Shown here: piece after piece, positions 19,250 to 28,857 of the stretch | How positions within the stretch are numbered: the first letter of the stretch is position 1 | Layout: the number at the start of each line of letters is the position of its first letter | From: Promethearchaeota archaeon | GTDB lineage: Archaea; Asgardarchaeota; Lokiarchaeia; Sigyniarchaeales; SOKP01 | NCBI GenBank assembly: GCA_016839705.1 | Contig: JAEOTR010000053.1 | Coordinates: 37,878 to 101,877 of the forward strand | Reading direction: 5' to 3' | DNA length: 64,000 bases | Notes under the pieces: generated by a model | Databases searched by the model: none | What the model saw: the letters and a program-made list of their open reading frames with translations, nothing else | What the model was told of the DNA's origin: nothing | Program-made: the position numbers and the translations under genes

Positions 19250-19440
19250 TCTGTTATACCTTTATTTCATAAATTCATTCTTATTAGGATAAAATTATCT
19301 CTATTAGAGAATAATTATGACAAAATTATATTCTTTTGTCTTCTGAATTAAAAAAGCATTCGTAAACAAAACTTAAATAGTAGAAAATGGTAGAAATTAA
19401 AAAAAATTTGTAAAAAATTTAAATCTTTATTATTCTGGAT

Positions 19441-19779
19441 TTATACCTCAGGAGCAGTCATGTTTATTATTTTATAAGCCTCTGTATAATCCATAATGAG
19501 TTCAGTTTTATACTTAAAGCCTTCGATTTCATTTGCAAGAAACATATTTTGTCGAGCAGCCCGTTCCATTGCTTCTTTCTCTTTTCCGTTACCCACTTGT
19601 CCTATACCAATCACCATGATATCTCCAGCTTCAGTTGATGTAACTCCAATACAGAGACTTTTATCTATTGAAGGTTCTGGAGGATTATCCTTGAGCCACT
19701 CAATAAATTTCTTTCCTACCTTATTACCCTGATTTGGGGGATAATAAGCTCTTGTAAAAATTAATGTTATAATAACCAC
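19441..19779 (-). CDS. Hypothetical small alpha/beta protein
   Basis: 112-aa ORF with normal composition filling the gap; no recognised motif. Confidence 0.65.
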   Translation of the reverse strand: MVIITLIFTRAYYPPNQGNKVGKKFIEWLKDNPPEPSIDKSLCIGVTSTEAGDIMVIGIGQVGNGKEKEAMERAARQNMFLANEIEGFKYKTELIMDYTEAYKIINMTAPEV

Positions 19780-19918
19780 CTTTTTTATTCTATTTTATTT
19801 ATTAAATTAGATTTCGTTGTGATTGAAAGTTGACTTTAAAACTATATAAAACTTCACCTTTTTGTTAAAAACTCTTCGAAATCAGAAGTAGGGTTGAAAG
19901 GTTTTCTAAATATATCGT

Positions 19919-21328
19919 TTATAGGTTATGCTTATTTTGAAATTCTCTAAATGTACATATTTTGTCTAAAGCTTTAGCTGCTAGTTCGACAGATTCGAAT
20001 ACAGGAATTCGCATTTTAAATAATTCTCGCTTAAAATGAACTTTATTTGCGTAATCACTAGTATCATCGACAATTTTATATGCGATACATATCAGTGGTT
20101 TTTTCATTTCTTTATAAGCTCGTTTAATTGTTTCGAGAAATATGTGATTGAAATCATATGTTTTTATAAAAATTACTGCAGAGATATTAGGATCAGAATC
20201 CAAGGTTACCAAGCTCTTAAAAAATGTTTCAGGATGTCCCATACTTCCACCAAGATCAAGAGGATTTCGAAATATTGTATTGACATCAGGTACGAATTCT
20301 TTAAATTTTGCTACTGTTTCAGGGGTTAGTTTAGGGACCTTTAAATTGTTCCTTTCAAAGGTATCAGCAGTTTCAATTGAAGCACCACCCCCACCGGTAG
20401 TAATCCCCATATTTCTGTTCATTGGCATACTACTGATATGTTGAAATGTCATTGCTAGATTAATTAATTCATTGGAATCGTTTACCATTAAAGCTCCAGT
20501 TTGCTTTGCAACGGCTTCCCATATCTTCACTGATCCGGCTAAACCACCAGTATGAGACATGATTGTTTCTCTTGTTGCCTCACCACTTCCTACTTTCCAA
20601 AGAATTACCGGTTTTCCCTTAAGTGTTAATTCATTGACTACTTTTATGAATTTTCTGCCAATTTCTTGACTTTTAATATTTTCGACATAAAGAGCAATGA
20701 TACTTGTTTCATCATCTTCTAGGAAATATTCTAAAAAATCGACAAAATTCAAATCAATTTGGTTTCCAATTGAAAGAATTTTACTTGGATTTGTGCCATA
20801 AATTGATTGTCCTTTTGCTGCTATGTAAATAGCTAAACCTCCAGATTGAAAAATTCCCCCAAAATTACCTGATTCATTACTGAGTAGACCGCGTGAAAAA
20901 GAGATTTTATTTTTTGGGACAAAGATCCCCATACAATTTGGACCAATTACTCGTATATTATATTTTTTTACAACTTCTAAAACTGCTACCTCTAAATGGT
21001 GATTCCCAACTTCAGAAAATCCTGAAGAAAAAATGGTAGCGAACGAAACACCTTTCTTACCACACTCCTCAAGAACAGTTGGAACAATTCTCGCTGGAAC
21101 GGCAATAATTACATAATCAATAGGCTCATCATCAGGAATTTCTAAAACAGACCCATGCACAGGAATTTCATCAATAACCTGCCCTTTTAAGCGAGGATTA
21201 AATATATATAATGGTTTGTCAAAACCAGTATATTTATAAACACTGAGCCAATATCTACCTGCTCGTTTTTCATTAACGCCTATAATTCCGATACCTCGAG
21301 GATTAAACAACTTTTCGAAATCAGTCAT
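19919..21328 (-). CDS. ADP-forming acyl-CoA synthetase alpha subunit (CoA-binding)
   Basis: LFNPR.I.IIG, SSGFSE, GPNCMG, QSGG, phospho-His SHTGGLAG, NPLDL. Confidence 0.9.
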   Translation of the reverse strand: MTDFEKLFNPRGIGIIGVNEKRAGRYWLSVYKYTGFDKPLYIFNPRLKGQVIDEIPVHGSVLEIPDDEPIDYVIIAVPARIVPTVLEECGKKGVSFATIFSSGFSEVGNHHLEVAVLEVVKKYNIRVIGPNCMGIFVPKNKISFSRGLLSNESGNFGGIFQSGGLAIYIAAKGQSIYGTNPSKILSIGNQIDLNFVDFLEYFLEDDETSIIALYVENIKSQEIGRKFIKVVNELTLKGKPVILWKVGSGEATRETIMSHTGGLAGSVKIWEAVAKQTGALMVNDSNELINLAMTFQHISSMPMNRNMGITTGGGGASIETADTFERNNLKVPKLTPETVAKFKEFVPDVNTIFRNPLDLGGSMGHPETFFKSLVTLDSDPNISAVIFIKTYDFNHIFLETIKRAYKEMKKPLICIAYKIVDDTSDYANKVHFKRELFKMRIPVFESVELAAKALDKICTFREFQNKHNL

Positions 21329-21473
21329 AATGAAATCAATCTAAGTCACTTCAATATTAGATAAATAAAACATCTATAGAAAAATAATTAATTATTGCAC
21401 AAGTATTTTTTTATTCATAATTACTAATAAAAATACTACATTTTGTAGAAAAAAGTAAAGAGGAAAATTTCAA

Positions 21474-22388
21474 ATGGTCAGCGAAGGTATGGAAAGAATA
21501 ATAAATTTGTTAAAACAACAAGGTGAACAAGAAACAAAAAAACGAGTTGAAGACAGTCGAAATAATATGGAACAAATGACTTCGATGGAGAAAATTCCAG
21601 AAGATGTCAAAATTGAAGAGATTACAGTCAGTGGTATCCCTTCAATATGGATAAGTACACCCGAAGTTGTAAAAGAACAAGTTATTTTATATTTACATGG
21701 AGGAGGATATGTCCTAGGTTCAATAAATACTCATAAAACACTTGGAGCTAAAATTTCACGCTCTTCTAAATCCCGGGTTTTAATGATAAATTACCGACTT
21801 GCTCCCGAAAATCCTTATCCGGCAGCTTTAGAAGATTCAGTTGCTGTCTATCAGTGGCTAATTGATGATGAAGGGATCGATCCAAAAAATATAGTAATCT
21901 CTGGAGATTCTGCTGGAGGAGGACTAACAGCGGCATCAATTCTAAAAATAAGAGACCTTGGTATCACTTTACCCGCCGGTGGAGTTTTGCTATCACCATG
22001 GACTGATTTAGATGGCACTGGTGATTCAGTTAGAACTAAAAGAAGAATAGATCCATATTTAGATGCAAGTGGGCTCTTTTTTATGGCTAACTTATATATT
22101 GGGGATGAAGACCCTAAAAATCCTTACATATCACCGTTATATGCAGATCTAAAGGGAATACCACCCCTATTAATACAAGTGGGTACTGCTGAAATAATAC
22201 TTGATGACTCTACACGATTTGCAGAAAAAGCAAAATCCGCTGGTGTGGATGTGACGCTAGACGTTTGGGAGGACATGATCCATGTTTTTCAAGCATTTGC
22301 TTTTTGGGCTCCTGAAGGTAAGCAAGCAATTGAAAAAATCGGTGAATTTATTCAAAAATTAATGAAAAAACAAGTACAAATAATCTAG
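21474..22388 (+). CDS. HSL-family (family IV) alpha/beta hydrolase / esterase
   Basis: HGGG oxyanion motif, YRLAPE, GDSAGG nucleophile, E..LDD, MIHVF. Confidence 0.93.
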   Translation: MVSEGMERIINLLKQQGEQETKKRVEDSRNNMEQMTSMEKIPEDVKIEEITVSGIPSIWISTPEVVKEQVILYLHGGGYVLGSINTHKTLGAKISRSSKSRVLMINYRLAPENPYPAALEDSVAVYQWLIDDEGIDPKNIVISGDSAGGGLTAASILKIRDLGITLPAGGVLLSPWTDLDGTGDSVRTKRRIDPYLDASGLFFMANLYIGDEDPKNPYISPLYADLKGIPPLLIQVGTAEIILDDSTRFAEKAKSAGVDVTLDVWEDMIHVFQAFAFWAPEGKQAIEKIGEFIQKLMKKQVQII

Positions 22389-22414
22389 ATTTAACCTTTT
22401 TTTTAATAATTAAC

Positions 22415-22885
22415 CTAATCAAATCCAATCTTTAATTGCTTTAGTAATTTAATTAAAGAAATTGTTAATTGATATTCCTTTAATTCGTTAAACGGGACAA
22501 ATCTGGCATCCAAGGCGTCAGTATCAGGAATAGGTGCTTGAGTTTCGTCTCCCTCTATTTGTTCTACAAAAAAATTAAGGAGAACGTAATGATATTCGAT
22601 TTTCATGTCGCTGTCATACATAATTTTGTCGATAATTCCCGCTAATTTAGTAACTTTTACTTTAAAACCCGTCTCCTCAAATCCTTCTCTCTCAGCAGCT
22701 TTTTCAACTTCTTCTCCTAAATCTAGATGTCCTCCGGGGATTGACCAATATCCGGCATCGGGATTATATTTTCTTTTTACTAAAAGCAGATGTTTATCTC
22801 GAATTAGAAGGATGCCCACACCGATGTGGGGGCGTATTGGATATTTTCTAGTATCAAAAGCAGTAAGTTTTTCCCTATCAACCAT
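22415..22885 (-). CDS. Nudix hydrolase (ADP-ribose pyrophosphatase-like)
   Basis: Nudix box GGHLDLGEEVEKAAEREGFEETG; YHYVLL. Confidence 0.9.
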   Translation of the reverse strand: MVDREKLTAFDTRKYPIRPHIGVGILLIRDKHLLLVKRKYNPDAGYWSIPGGHLDLGEEVEKAAEREGFEETGFKVKVTKLAGIIDKIMYDSDMKIEYHYVLLNFFVEQIEGDETQAPIPDTDALDARFVPFNELKEYQLTISLIKLLKQLKIGFD

Positions 22886-22962
22886 AACTTTACATTTTAC
22901 AATATACTTTAAGTAGTAATGGAATGGAGAAATTATAAAGATTAATTATTTACTGAAATAAT

Positions 22963-23454
22963 ATGGTACGCCCTTGGTATTGGCCAAAAGAAGGACAACC
23001 TCATAGAACGCAACCATTTACATGGATTATTAAAGGAAAAATGGCAGCTTCATGGTGGCCAGATCCGTCAGTATTCGAAATTTATCAAAGAGAAGGGATC
23101 AAAGTAATCATTAATTGTTCGGAATTTGATAACCAACAGGATATTCCTAAGGGTTTCAAGTATTTCCATATCAATATACCAGACTATGGTACACCTACAG
23201 AAGTTCAGTTAAAAAGGTTCTTTAAGATAACTAGCGAGGGAAGCATCAAAAAAGATCCAATTGTAGTGCATTGCGTAGCTGGTTGCGGAAGGTCTGGGTT
23301 AATGATTGTAGCTTGGGCAGCTTATAAAGGTTTTATACCTAAGGGAATAGATCCTGTAAAATGGATTCGAAAATTAAGAGCATGCTGTTTAGAAACAAAA
23401 GAACAGATGGAATTAGCTCGAAAAATCGTTAAAAAATATCAAAAATTACTATAA
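22963..23454 (+). CDS. Dual-specificity protein/lipid phosphatase (PTP superfamily)
   Basis: HCVAGCGRSG (CX5R), general-acid loop IPDYGTP, R..R...ETKEQ. Confidence 0.9.
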   Translation: MVRPWYWPKEGQPHRTQPFTWIIKGKMAASWWPDPSVFEIYQREGIKVIINCSEFDNQQDIPKGFKYFHINIPDYGTPTEVQLKRFFKITSEGSIKKDPIVVHCVAGCGRSGLMIVAWAAYKGFIPKGIDPVKWIRKLRACCLETKEQMELARKIVKKYQKLL

Positions 23455-23533
23455 TGCAAGATATTTAAGAATGTAATTTATTTTATAATTAAGAATATAA
23501 TTTTCTTTAATGTAAAATTACAATTAAAAATAG

Positions 23534-24709
23534 ATGCTTATGCAAAGATCAGACTATGTGTATATGATTGCCGATAATATAATGGTATATCAGATCTCAC
23601 TTCCCTCAGAACTTGAAGGAAATAGATTGCACGAGCATCTTAGCAAATTCGAAGAAAAATATTTAAAAATCATTGCGGGATTTGACAAAAACTTCTTAGA
23701 ACATTTCTTAATCATATCAAAAGGTAAGAATCAAGAAGATCTTGCTGAAATTCTCAAAAAAATGGAAAAAATTTCTTTTATGATTGGACCTACAGGTAAT
23801 TTAAACTATCTAAATTCCAACCAGATTCAATATATCCTCACAAAATTGGGGTCTCTAAAATTAAATGAAATTAAAGAAGCTAAAATTAGTAATATTGCTG
23901 ATGAACAAATAGAAAAAGAATTTGGAACTCCTTATAGCACTTCTTCAGCATTAGAAAATCAACTCTCGAGTGCTGCTTTTTACCTTAGCTCGATAGGATA
24001 TTCTCACCAAGATATTCAAGAAAAATTTGCTGAGGTGAAAGAAGATCCTTCAAAATTAGAAGCATTATTTACCCTACCTCCCAAGGAAATTTATAACATG
24101 CCTGATGAGGTACAACAGATGAGTCGTCCTCCAACAACAAGTCAACCACGCGTAAGCTCAAGTCAAGCTTCCACTACCATAGAAAACAGTCAAGCAACGC
24201 AGAATGCGATTGATCAGCATATCCAATCAATTCAACATGAAGTTACAGGAGAAAGAGCTAAAAAGGTTGAGGAAATTATACAAATGATTAGGGATCATGT
24301 TAAAGAAAATATGAAGGAGAATTATGAGAGAGTATTTAGACAAATACACCCAGATAGATTAGATAAAGCATTGAAGATGCTCCAAACTACCAAACGAAAA
24401 TCAAAAAGGCAGACTTTATTTTTAGAATGGTTTTTTTGTTCAACTTTATTATCTAAGATTGAACTCAAAGTAGAACACTGGCAAGTCTCTTCCCAAGCGG
24501 GTCATGGTACAACGGGAGTTTATACCGCGGGATTAAATTTTTCTCGTTATGACAATATCATCAGGGAGTTTCCTGACGCCAAATTATCTAAAGTTATTAA
24601 TATATCAAGGAGAATATTACAAAATCCAACGAAAAATGCAATTCAAAAACTTGGGCAAGATCTCATAGCAGAAACAGGTTTTGATGAGCATCTTTATTTC
24701 ACAGATTAA
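23534..24709 (+). CDS. Hypothetical protein, two helical regions joined by an S/T/Q/P-rich linker
   Basis: 391-aa ORF; no recognised family motif. Confidence 0.75.
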   Translation: MLMQRSDYVYMIADNIMVYQISLPSELEGNRLHEHLSKFEEKYLKIIAGFDKNFLEHFLIISKGKNQEDLAEILKKMEKISFMIGPTGNLNYLNSNQIQYILTKLGSLKLNEIKEAKISNIADEQIEKEFGTPYSTSSALENQLSSAAFYLSSIGYSHQDIQEKFAEVKEDPSKLEALFTLPPKEIYNMPDEVQQMSRPPTTSQPRVSSSQASTTIENSQATQNAIDQHIQSIQHEVTGERAKKVEEIIQMIRDHVKENMKENYERVFRQIHPDRLDKALKMLQTTKRKSKRQTLFLEWFFCSTLLSKIELKVEHWQVSSQAGHGTTGVYTAGLNFSRYDNIIREFPDAKLSKVINISRRILQNPTKNAIQKLGQDLIAETGFDEHLYFTD

Positions 24710-24725
24710 TCTTTCATTAAAAAAA

Positions 24726-26312
24726 TTAAACCTCTTTCTTAAATACAGTTTTTCCTCTTATTATTGTTTCAAGTATTTGGATATTTCTTATTTCATCTTT
24801 TTTCACTTCAAGAGGATTCCTATCTAAAATCACCAAATCAGCAAATTTTCCAACCGATATACTCCCTTTTATGTTTTCTTCGAATGCGGCATAGGCACCG
24901 TTAATAGTATATGTTCTTAATGCTTCTTCCATCGTTAAACATTGCTCTGGAATAAATCCATTCCGGGTGACTAAAGCATGAAGCCCTGAAATTATATCTG
25001 GATCTTCTATAGGGCTATCTGAGCTTGATGCCATTATTATTCCCGCATCAATAATAGATTTAAATGGATAGGTATATTTACATCGTTTTTTACCCAAGCG
25101 TCTTTCTAACCACGTATATTCTGAATTTATGAAAGGAGGCTGACATGCCAGAATTATATTGTATTTTTTAATATCTCTAATAACATCTTCAGTTAATAAA
25201 GACGCATGCTCAATTCGATGACGATGATTTTCTTTTGGAGATTCTTCTAATAATCTTTTGTATAAATCAACCAAAACTCTATTACCTTTATCTCCAATTG
25301 CATGAATCCCAATTTGAAATCCCATTTCATGTGCTACTTTCATTCTGTTAAACATTTCTTCTTCATCTACTACGGAAAATCCGGTCACATTTGGAGCATC
25401 AGAAAACGCTTCGTGCATTAGTGCAGTTTTCGCCCCAAAAGTACCATCAAAATATCCCTTCCAACAACGTGTTTTAAATTTACTATCTTCCTCATTACTA
25501 TCTAAGGATTGTTCTTTCAATTCCATCAGTTTTGATGGATCAACTATGGAAATTAGTGAATACCAACTTTGAAGTACTTCATTTTGAATCATCTGATAGA
25601 CCGGGATATCACGTTGAAGAGTGGTAACTCCATGAAAAGAGGTGATTCCTTTCATTGCCAGTGATTTAAATGCTTTTTCCGCAGTTTCTTGGAGGGTATC
25701 AGGATTAGGAATTAAATATTTAGAAATTGTAGAATAAATAATACCTAATGCATTTTCACTAATAACTCCAGTTAATTCTCCCTTTTCATTTTTTCTAATC
25801 TCACCACCCCGGGGAACCTTTGTTTCGGAATTAATCCCGACTAATTCTAGTGTTTTTGTGTTGGCAACCCCAATATGGCCGTCATACCTTAGGATAATAA
25901 CAGGATTCTCAGGACAAGCAACATCTAAGTCCCATCGTGTAGGTAATTTTGGAACATCAAACATTTCTTCCTTCAATTTGAATCCAAATATTAATTCTCC
26001 TTTTCCCCTTTTTTCAGCCGTTTTTTTTAAGAATTCTTGAAGTTCATCTAAACTTGTCATAGTAGAAAGATTTAGATTCATCAATATGAACATATAGGAG
26101 ATTGGATGCATATGTGAATCTATAAAGCCCGGAAGAAGAGCGCTCCGTTTTAAATCTGTTGATATATATTTCTCGCCAAGGTTTTTTTTTACTTTTTCTA
26201 AATCTCCCACAGCAATAATTTTTTCATTTTCAATTCCAACTGCTTCAACTATAGGTTGGTTTTTATCCATTGTGATAATGGTTCCATTAAAAAATAGCTT
26301 TCTTACTGACAT
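24726..26312 (-). CDS. YtcJ-like metal-dependent amidohydrolase (Amidohydro_3)
   Basis: PGFIDSHMH, DGH, HAIGD, HRIEHA, SSDSP, GK.ADLVILD. Confidence 0.92.
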   Translation of the reverse strand: MSVRKLFFNGTIITMDKNQPIVEAVGIENEKIIAVGDLEKVKKNLGEKYISTDLKRSALLPGFIDSHMHPISYMFILMNLNLSTMTSLDELQEFLKKTAEKRGKGELIFGFKLKEEMFDVPKLPTRWDLDVACPENPVIILRYDGHIGVANTKTLELVGINSETKVPRGGEIRKNEKGELTGVISENALGIIYSTISKYLIPNPDTLQETAEKAFKSLAMKGITSFHGVTTLQRDIPVYQMIQNEVLQSWYSLISIVDPSKLMELKEQSLDSNEEDSKFKTRCWKGYFDGTFGAKTALMHEAFSDAPNVTGFSVVDEEEMFNRMKVAHEMGFQIGIHAIGDKGNRVLVDLYKRLLEESPKENHRHRIEHASLLTEDVIRDIKKYNIILACQPPFINSEYTWLERRLGKKRCKYTYPFKSIIDAGIIMASSSDSPIEDPDIISGLHALVTRNGFIPEQCLTMEEALRTYTINGAYAAFEENIKGSISVGKFADLVILDRNPLEVKKDEIRNIQILETIIRGKTVFKKEV

Positions 26313-26495
26313 TTCATTATGTATTCTACAAATTTAATTGTGTTTTTATGTTTTTTTTTACTATAATGTTATCATTAAAATTCCTAAATATTTCTCATAG
26401 TTCTTGATATTTAATCTTAGGATTTAATAAATATAAGGTTTATAAGAAAAGTAGTATAAATATGAAATAGTTCTGAGGATTAAAACTTAGGAGAT

Positions 26496-28850
26496 TTGAA
26501 AATGAAACCATCAATCTTAAAGAAGTTAAATTTAATAATTGAAGAAGCTAATACATTAAAAGACAATAATAAATACCAGAAAGCGATAGATAAATTCGAA
26601 CAAGCTCTAAATTTTATTAATATAAAAGTTGATGAGCCTAGTGAAAAGAAAATTGAAGTTGAAAATATTCAAAATGCTATTAATCAGACATACTCAGTTG
26701 AGATAAACAGCATTATTCAAGAATCAATACGCTTAACAGCATTAAAAGAATATGAAAATGCGAAAAGTAATTTTAAGAAAGCTATTAGCATTGCTAAAGA
26801 AAAAATTAGTGATCAAGATCTTAGAGATGCAGAAATTGATGATATAAATGACTTACTTACCGAAATTGAAATAGAGCAATTAATCATAAAGGGAATAAAA
26901 ATAAGAGATGAAGATAAAAATTTAAATAATGCAATTAAGATATTTGAAGATGGACTGAATCTTGCAGATAAATTTCGAGATCCGGAGGAAAAAAAAGAGC
27001 ACATTTCCAAGATAAATAAAGAGATTAGTAAAATAAATGAACTTCAATTCAAACAAATATTGCAGCAAGGTACTGCATTAAAGCAATCTGGTCAATTTGG
27101 TGAGGCAATTAAGGTTTTTGAAAAAGCAAAGAGCTATATTGAAAAATCGTTCTCTCCTGATACAATGAAAACTGAAATTGTTAATCTTATTAATTTGTCA
27201 AATGATATCTATTCTAATCAGATCAAATCAATATTAGAGAAGGGGATAGATTTAATTAGTAACGGTTCAAATGAGGAAGCTATTTCAGAGTTAAGGAATG
27301 CCTTAGGTGTTGCAAATAAAATGTATGATTCTGATTTAAAAAAATTTGAAATCAGCCTTATCGCGGAAGCATTGAATCCAATATATATTGAGCAAATTAA
27401 ACCAATATTAGAAGAAGGAAAAGAAATTACTCAACGGGACAACTTCAAAGAATCAATTACAGAGATAAATAAAGCTGTAGCGATATATAATAAAGCGCTA
27501 GTAATAGCAGAATCCATGGTAAATTCAGAAAGAAGGATTCTTGAGATTAAAAAAATTGGTGATTTAATTAACCAAGCTTCTTTACCAGGGATTAGTTTGA
27601 TTAAAGATAAATCAATTCAATTAATAGGAATGCAAAAATACGAGGAAGCGATTAATGAAATATATGTAGCACTAAGCATTGCAAAACAAATGGCATATCC
27701 AGAAGAAGAAAATACTGAACTCGATGAATTAAAGAATATCATGAATAAAGTATATTCTACTCAAAATAAGGAAGTGATAAATCGTGGAAAAGAACTAGTA
27801 AGCCATAATGAATATGAAAAAGCGATAGAAGTTTTCAATGAAGCTCTGAATATGACAAATAAAATGTACCTTACTGAAGAAATGGATAACGAAGTAAATT
27901 TGATTAAAAGCTTGATCTATGATACCGAAGTAAAACAGTTAGTGGGAAAGGGTAAGTTAGATGAACAACAGAAAGAAAAAGAGAAAGAAATAGAAAAACT
28001 TCAAAAAAGATTAGAATATGCGCAAACAATTGACGATCCTCAACGTCGAGTTGAAGAAATGAATAAAATTAAAAATATGATTGATAATGTTCATTCTGAA
28101 GAAATTAAATTCTTAATTGAACAAGGTAATCAACTCGCACAAAAAGAAGCCTTTGAGGAAGCTTTTAGTTTTTACGAAAGAGCATTAAAAGTTAATGAAA
28201 TGATGGAAGAACCCGATATTAAAAATAAAGATTTAGTAAAAGACAGTTATAAAAGAGAGCTAATTAATAAAGCAAAGTTAGAAATAGATAATACCAACTA
28301 CGATAGTGCAATTGTAAATGCTAATAAAGCAGTTGAATTAGACTCAAAATTTGTAGATGCTTATTACCACATTGGCTTAGCTTATAATTATAAAAAGAAA
28401 TATGATGCCGCAATAGAAAACTTTCAAAAAGCATTAAATTACGATAAAAACCATATTGAATCCTGGAACTTAATTGGTTTAGCGTATATGGCTAAAAGTG
28501 AATTTAATAATGCGTTGAATTTCTTAAACAAAACTCTTGAGATTGACCCGAACTATTCCACTGGATGGTTTAATATAGGTAATATATATAAGCAAACTGA
28601 TGAATTTGATAAGGCAATTGAGAGTTATGATAAAGCTACGGAATTAAATCCTGATTTTGCTAAAGCATGGTTCTTTATGGGATGTGCCTATTTCGATAAG
28701 AAAAATTATCATCAAGCTCTTGAATCTCTTGAAAAAGCGATTAAATTAGATCCTAATCTTGCTCAAGATGTTAATCCTCTTATTAAAGATCTGAAGTCTA
28801 CTATTGATAAACTTAAAGAAACATTAGAGCTATCATTTCTTAATAAATAG
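26496..28850 (+). CDS. Helical repeat protein: about ten 58-aa repeats + C-terminal canonical TPRs
   Basis: C-terminal 34-aa TPRs (AYYHIGLAY, SWNLIGLAY, GWFNIGNIY, AWFFMGCAY); N-terminal periodic G..L....Y.EAI..F..AL. Confidence 0.85.
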   Translation: MKMKPSILKKLNLIIEEANTLKDNNKYQKAIDKFEQALNFINIKVDEPSEKKIEVENIQNAINQTYSVEINSIIQESIRLTALKEYENAKSNFKKAISIAKEKISDQDLRDAEIDDINDLLTEIEIEQLIIKGIKIRDEDKNLNNAIKIFEDGLNLADKFRDPEEKKEHISKINKEISKINELQFKQILQQGTALKQSGQFGEAIKVFEKAKSYIEKSFSPDTMKTEIVNLINLSNDIYSNQIKSILEKGIDLISNGSNEEAISELRNALGVANKMYDSDLKKFEISLIAEALNPIYIEQIKPILEEGKEITQRDNFKESITEINKAVAIYNKALVIAESMVNSERRILEIKKIGDLINQASLPGISLIKDKSIQLIGMQKYEEAINEIYVALSIAKQMAYPEEENTELDELKNIMNKVYSTQNKEVINRGKELVSHNEYEKAIEVFNEALNMTNKMYLTEEMDNEVNLIKSLIYDTEVKQLVGKGKLDEQQKEKEKEIEKLQKRLEYAQTIDDPQRRVEEMNKIKNMIDNVHSEEIKFLIEQGNQLAQKEAFEEAFSFYERALKVNEMMEEPDIKNKDLVKDSYKRELINKAKLEIDNTNYDSAIVNANKAVELDSKFVDAYYHIGLAYNYKKKYDAAIENFQKALNYDKNHIESWNLIGLAYMAKSEFNNALNFLNKTLEIDPNYSTGWFNIGNIYKQTDEFDKAIESYDKATELNPDFAKAWFFMGCAYFDKKNYHQALESLEKAIKLDPNLAQDVNPLIKDLKSTIDKLKETLELSFLNK

Positions 28851-28857
28851 AATAAAA

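Noticed and set aside
19250-19440. TPP riboswitch upstream of thiC
   Set aside because: No THI-box conserved sequence; region extremely AT-rich
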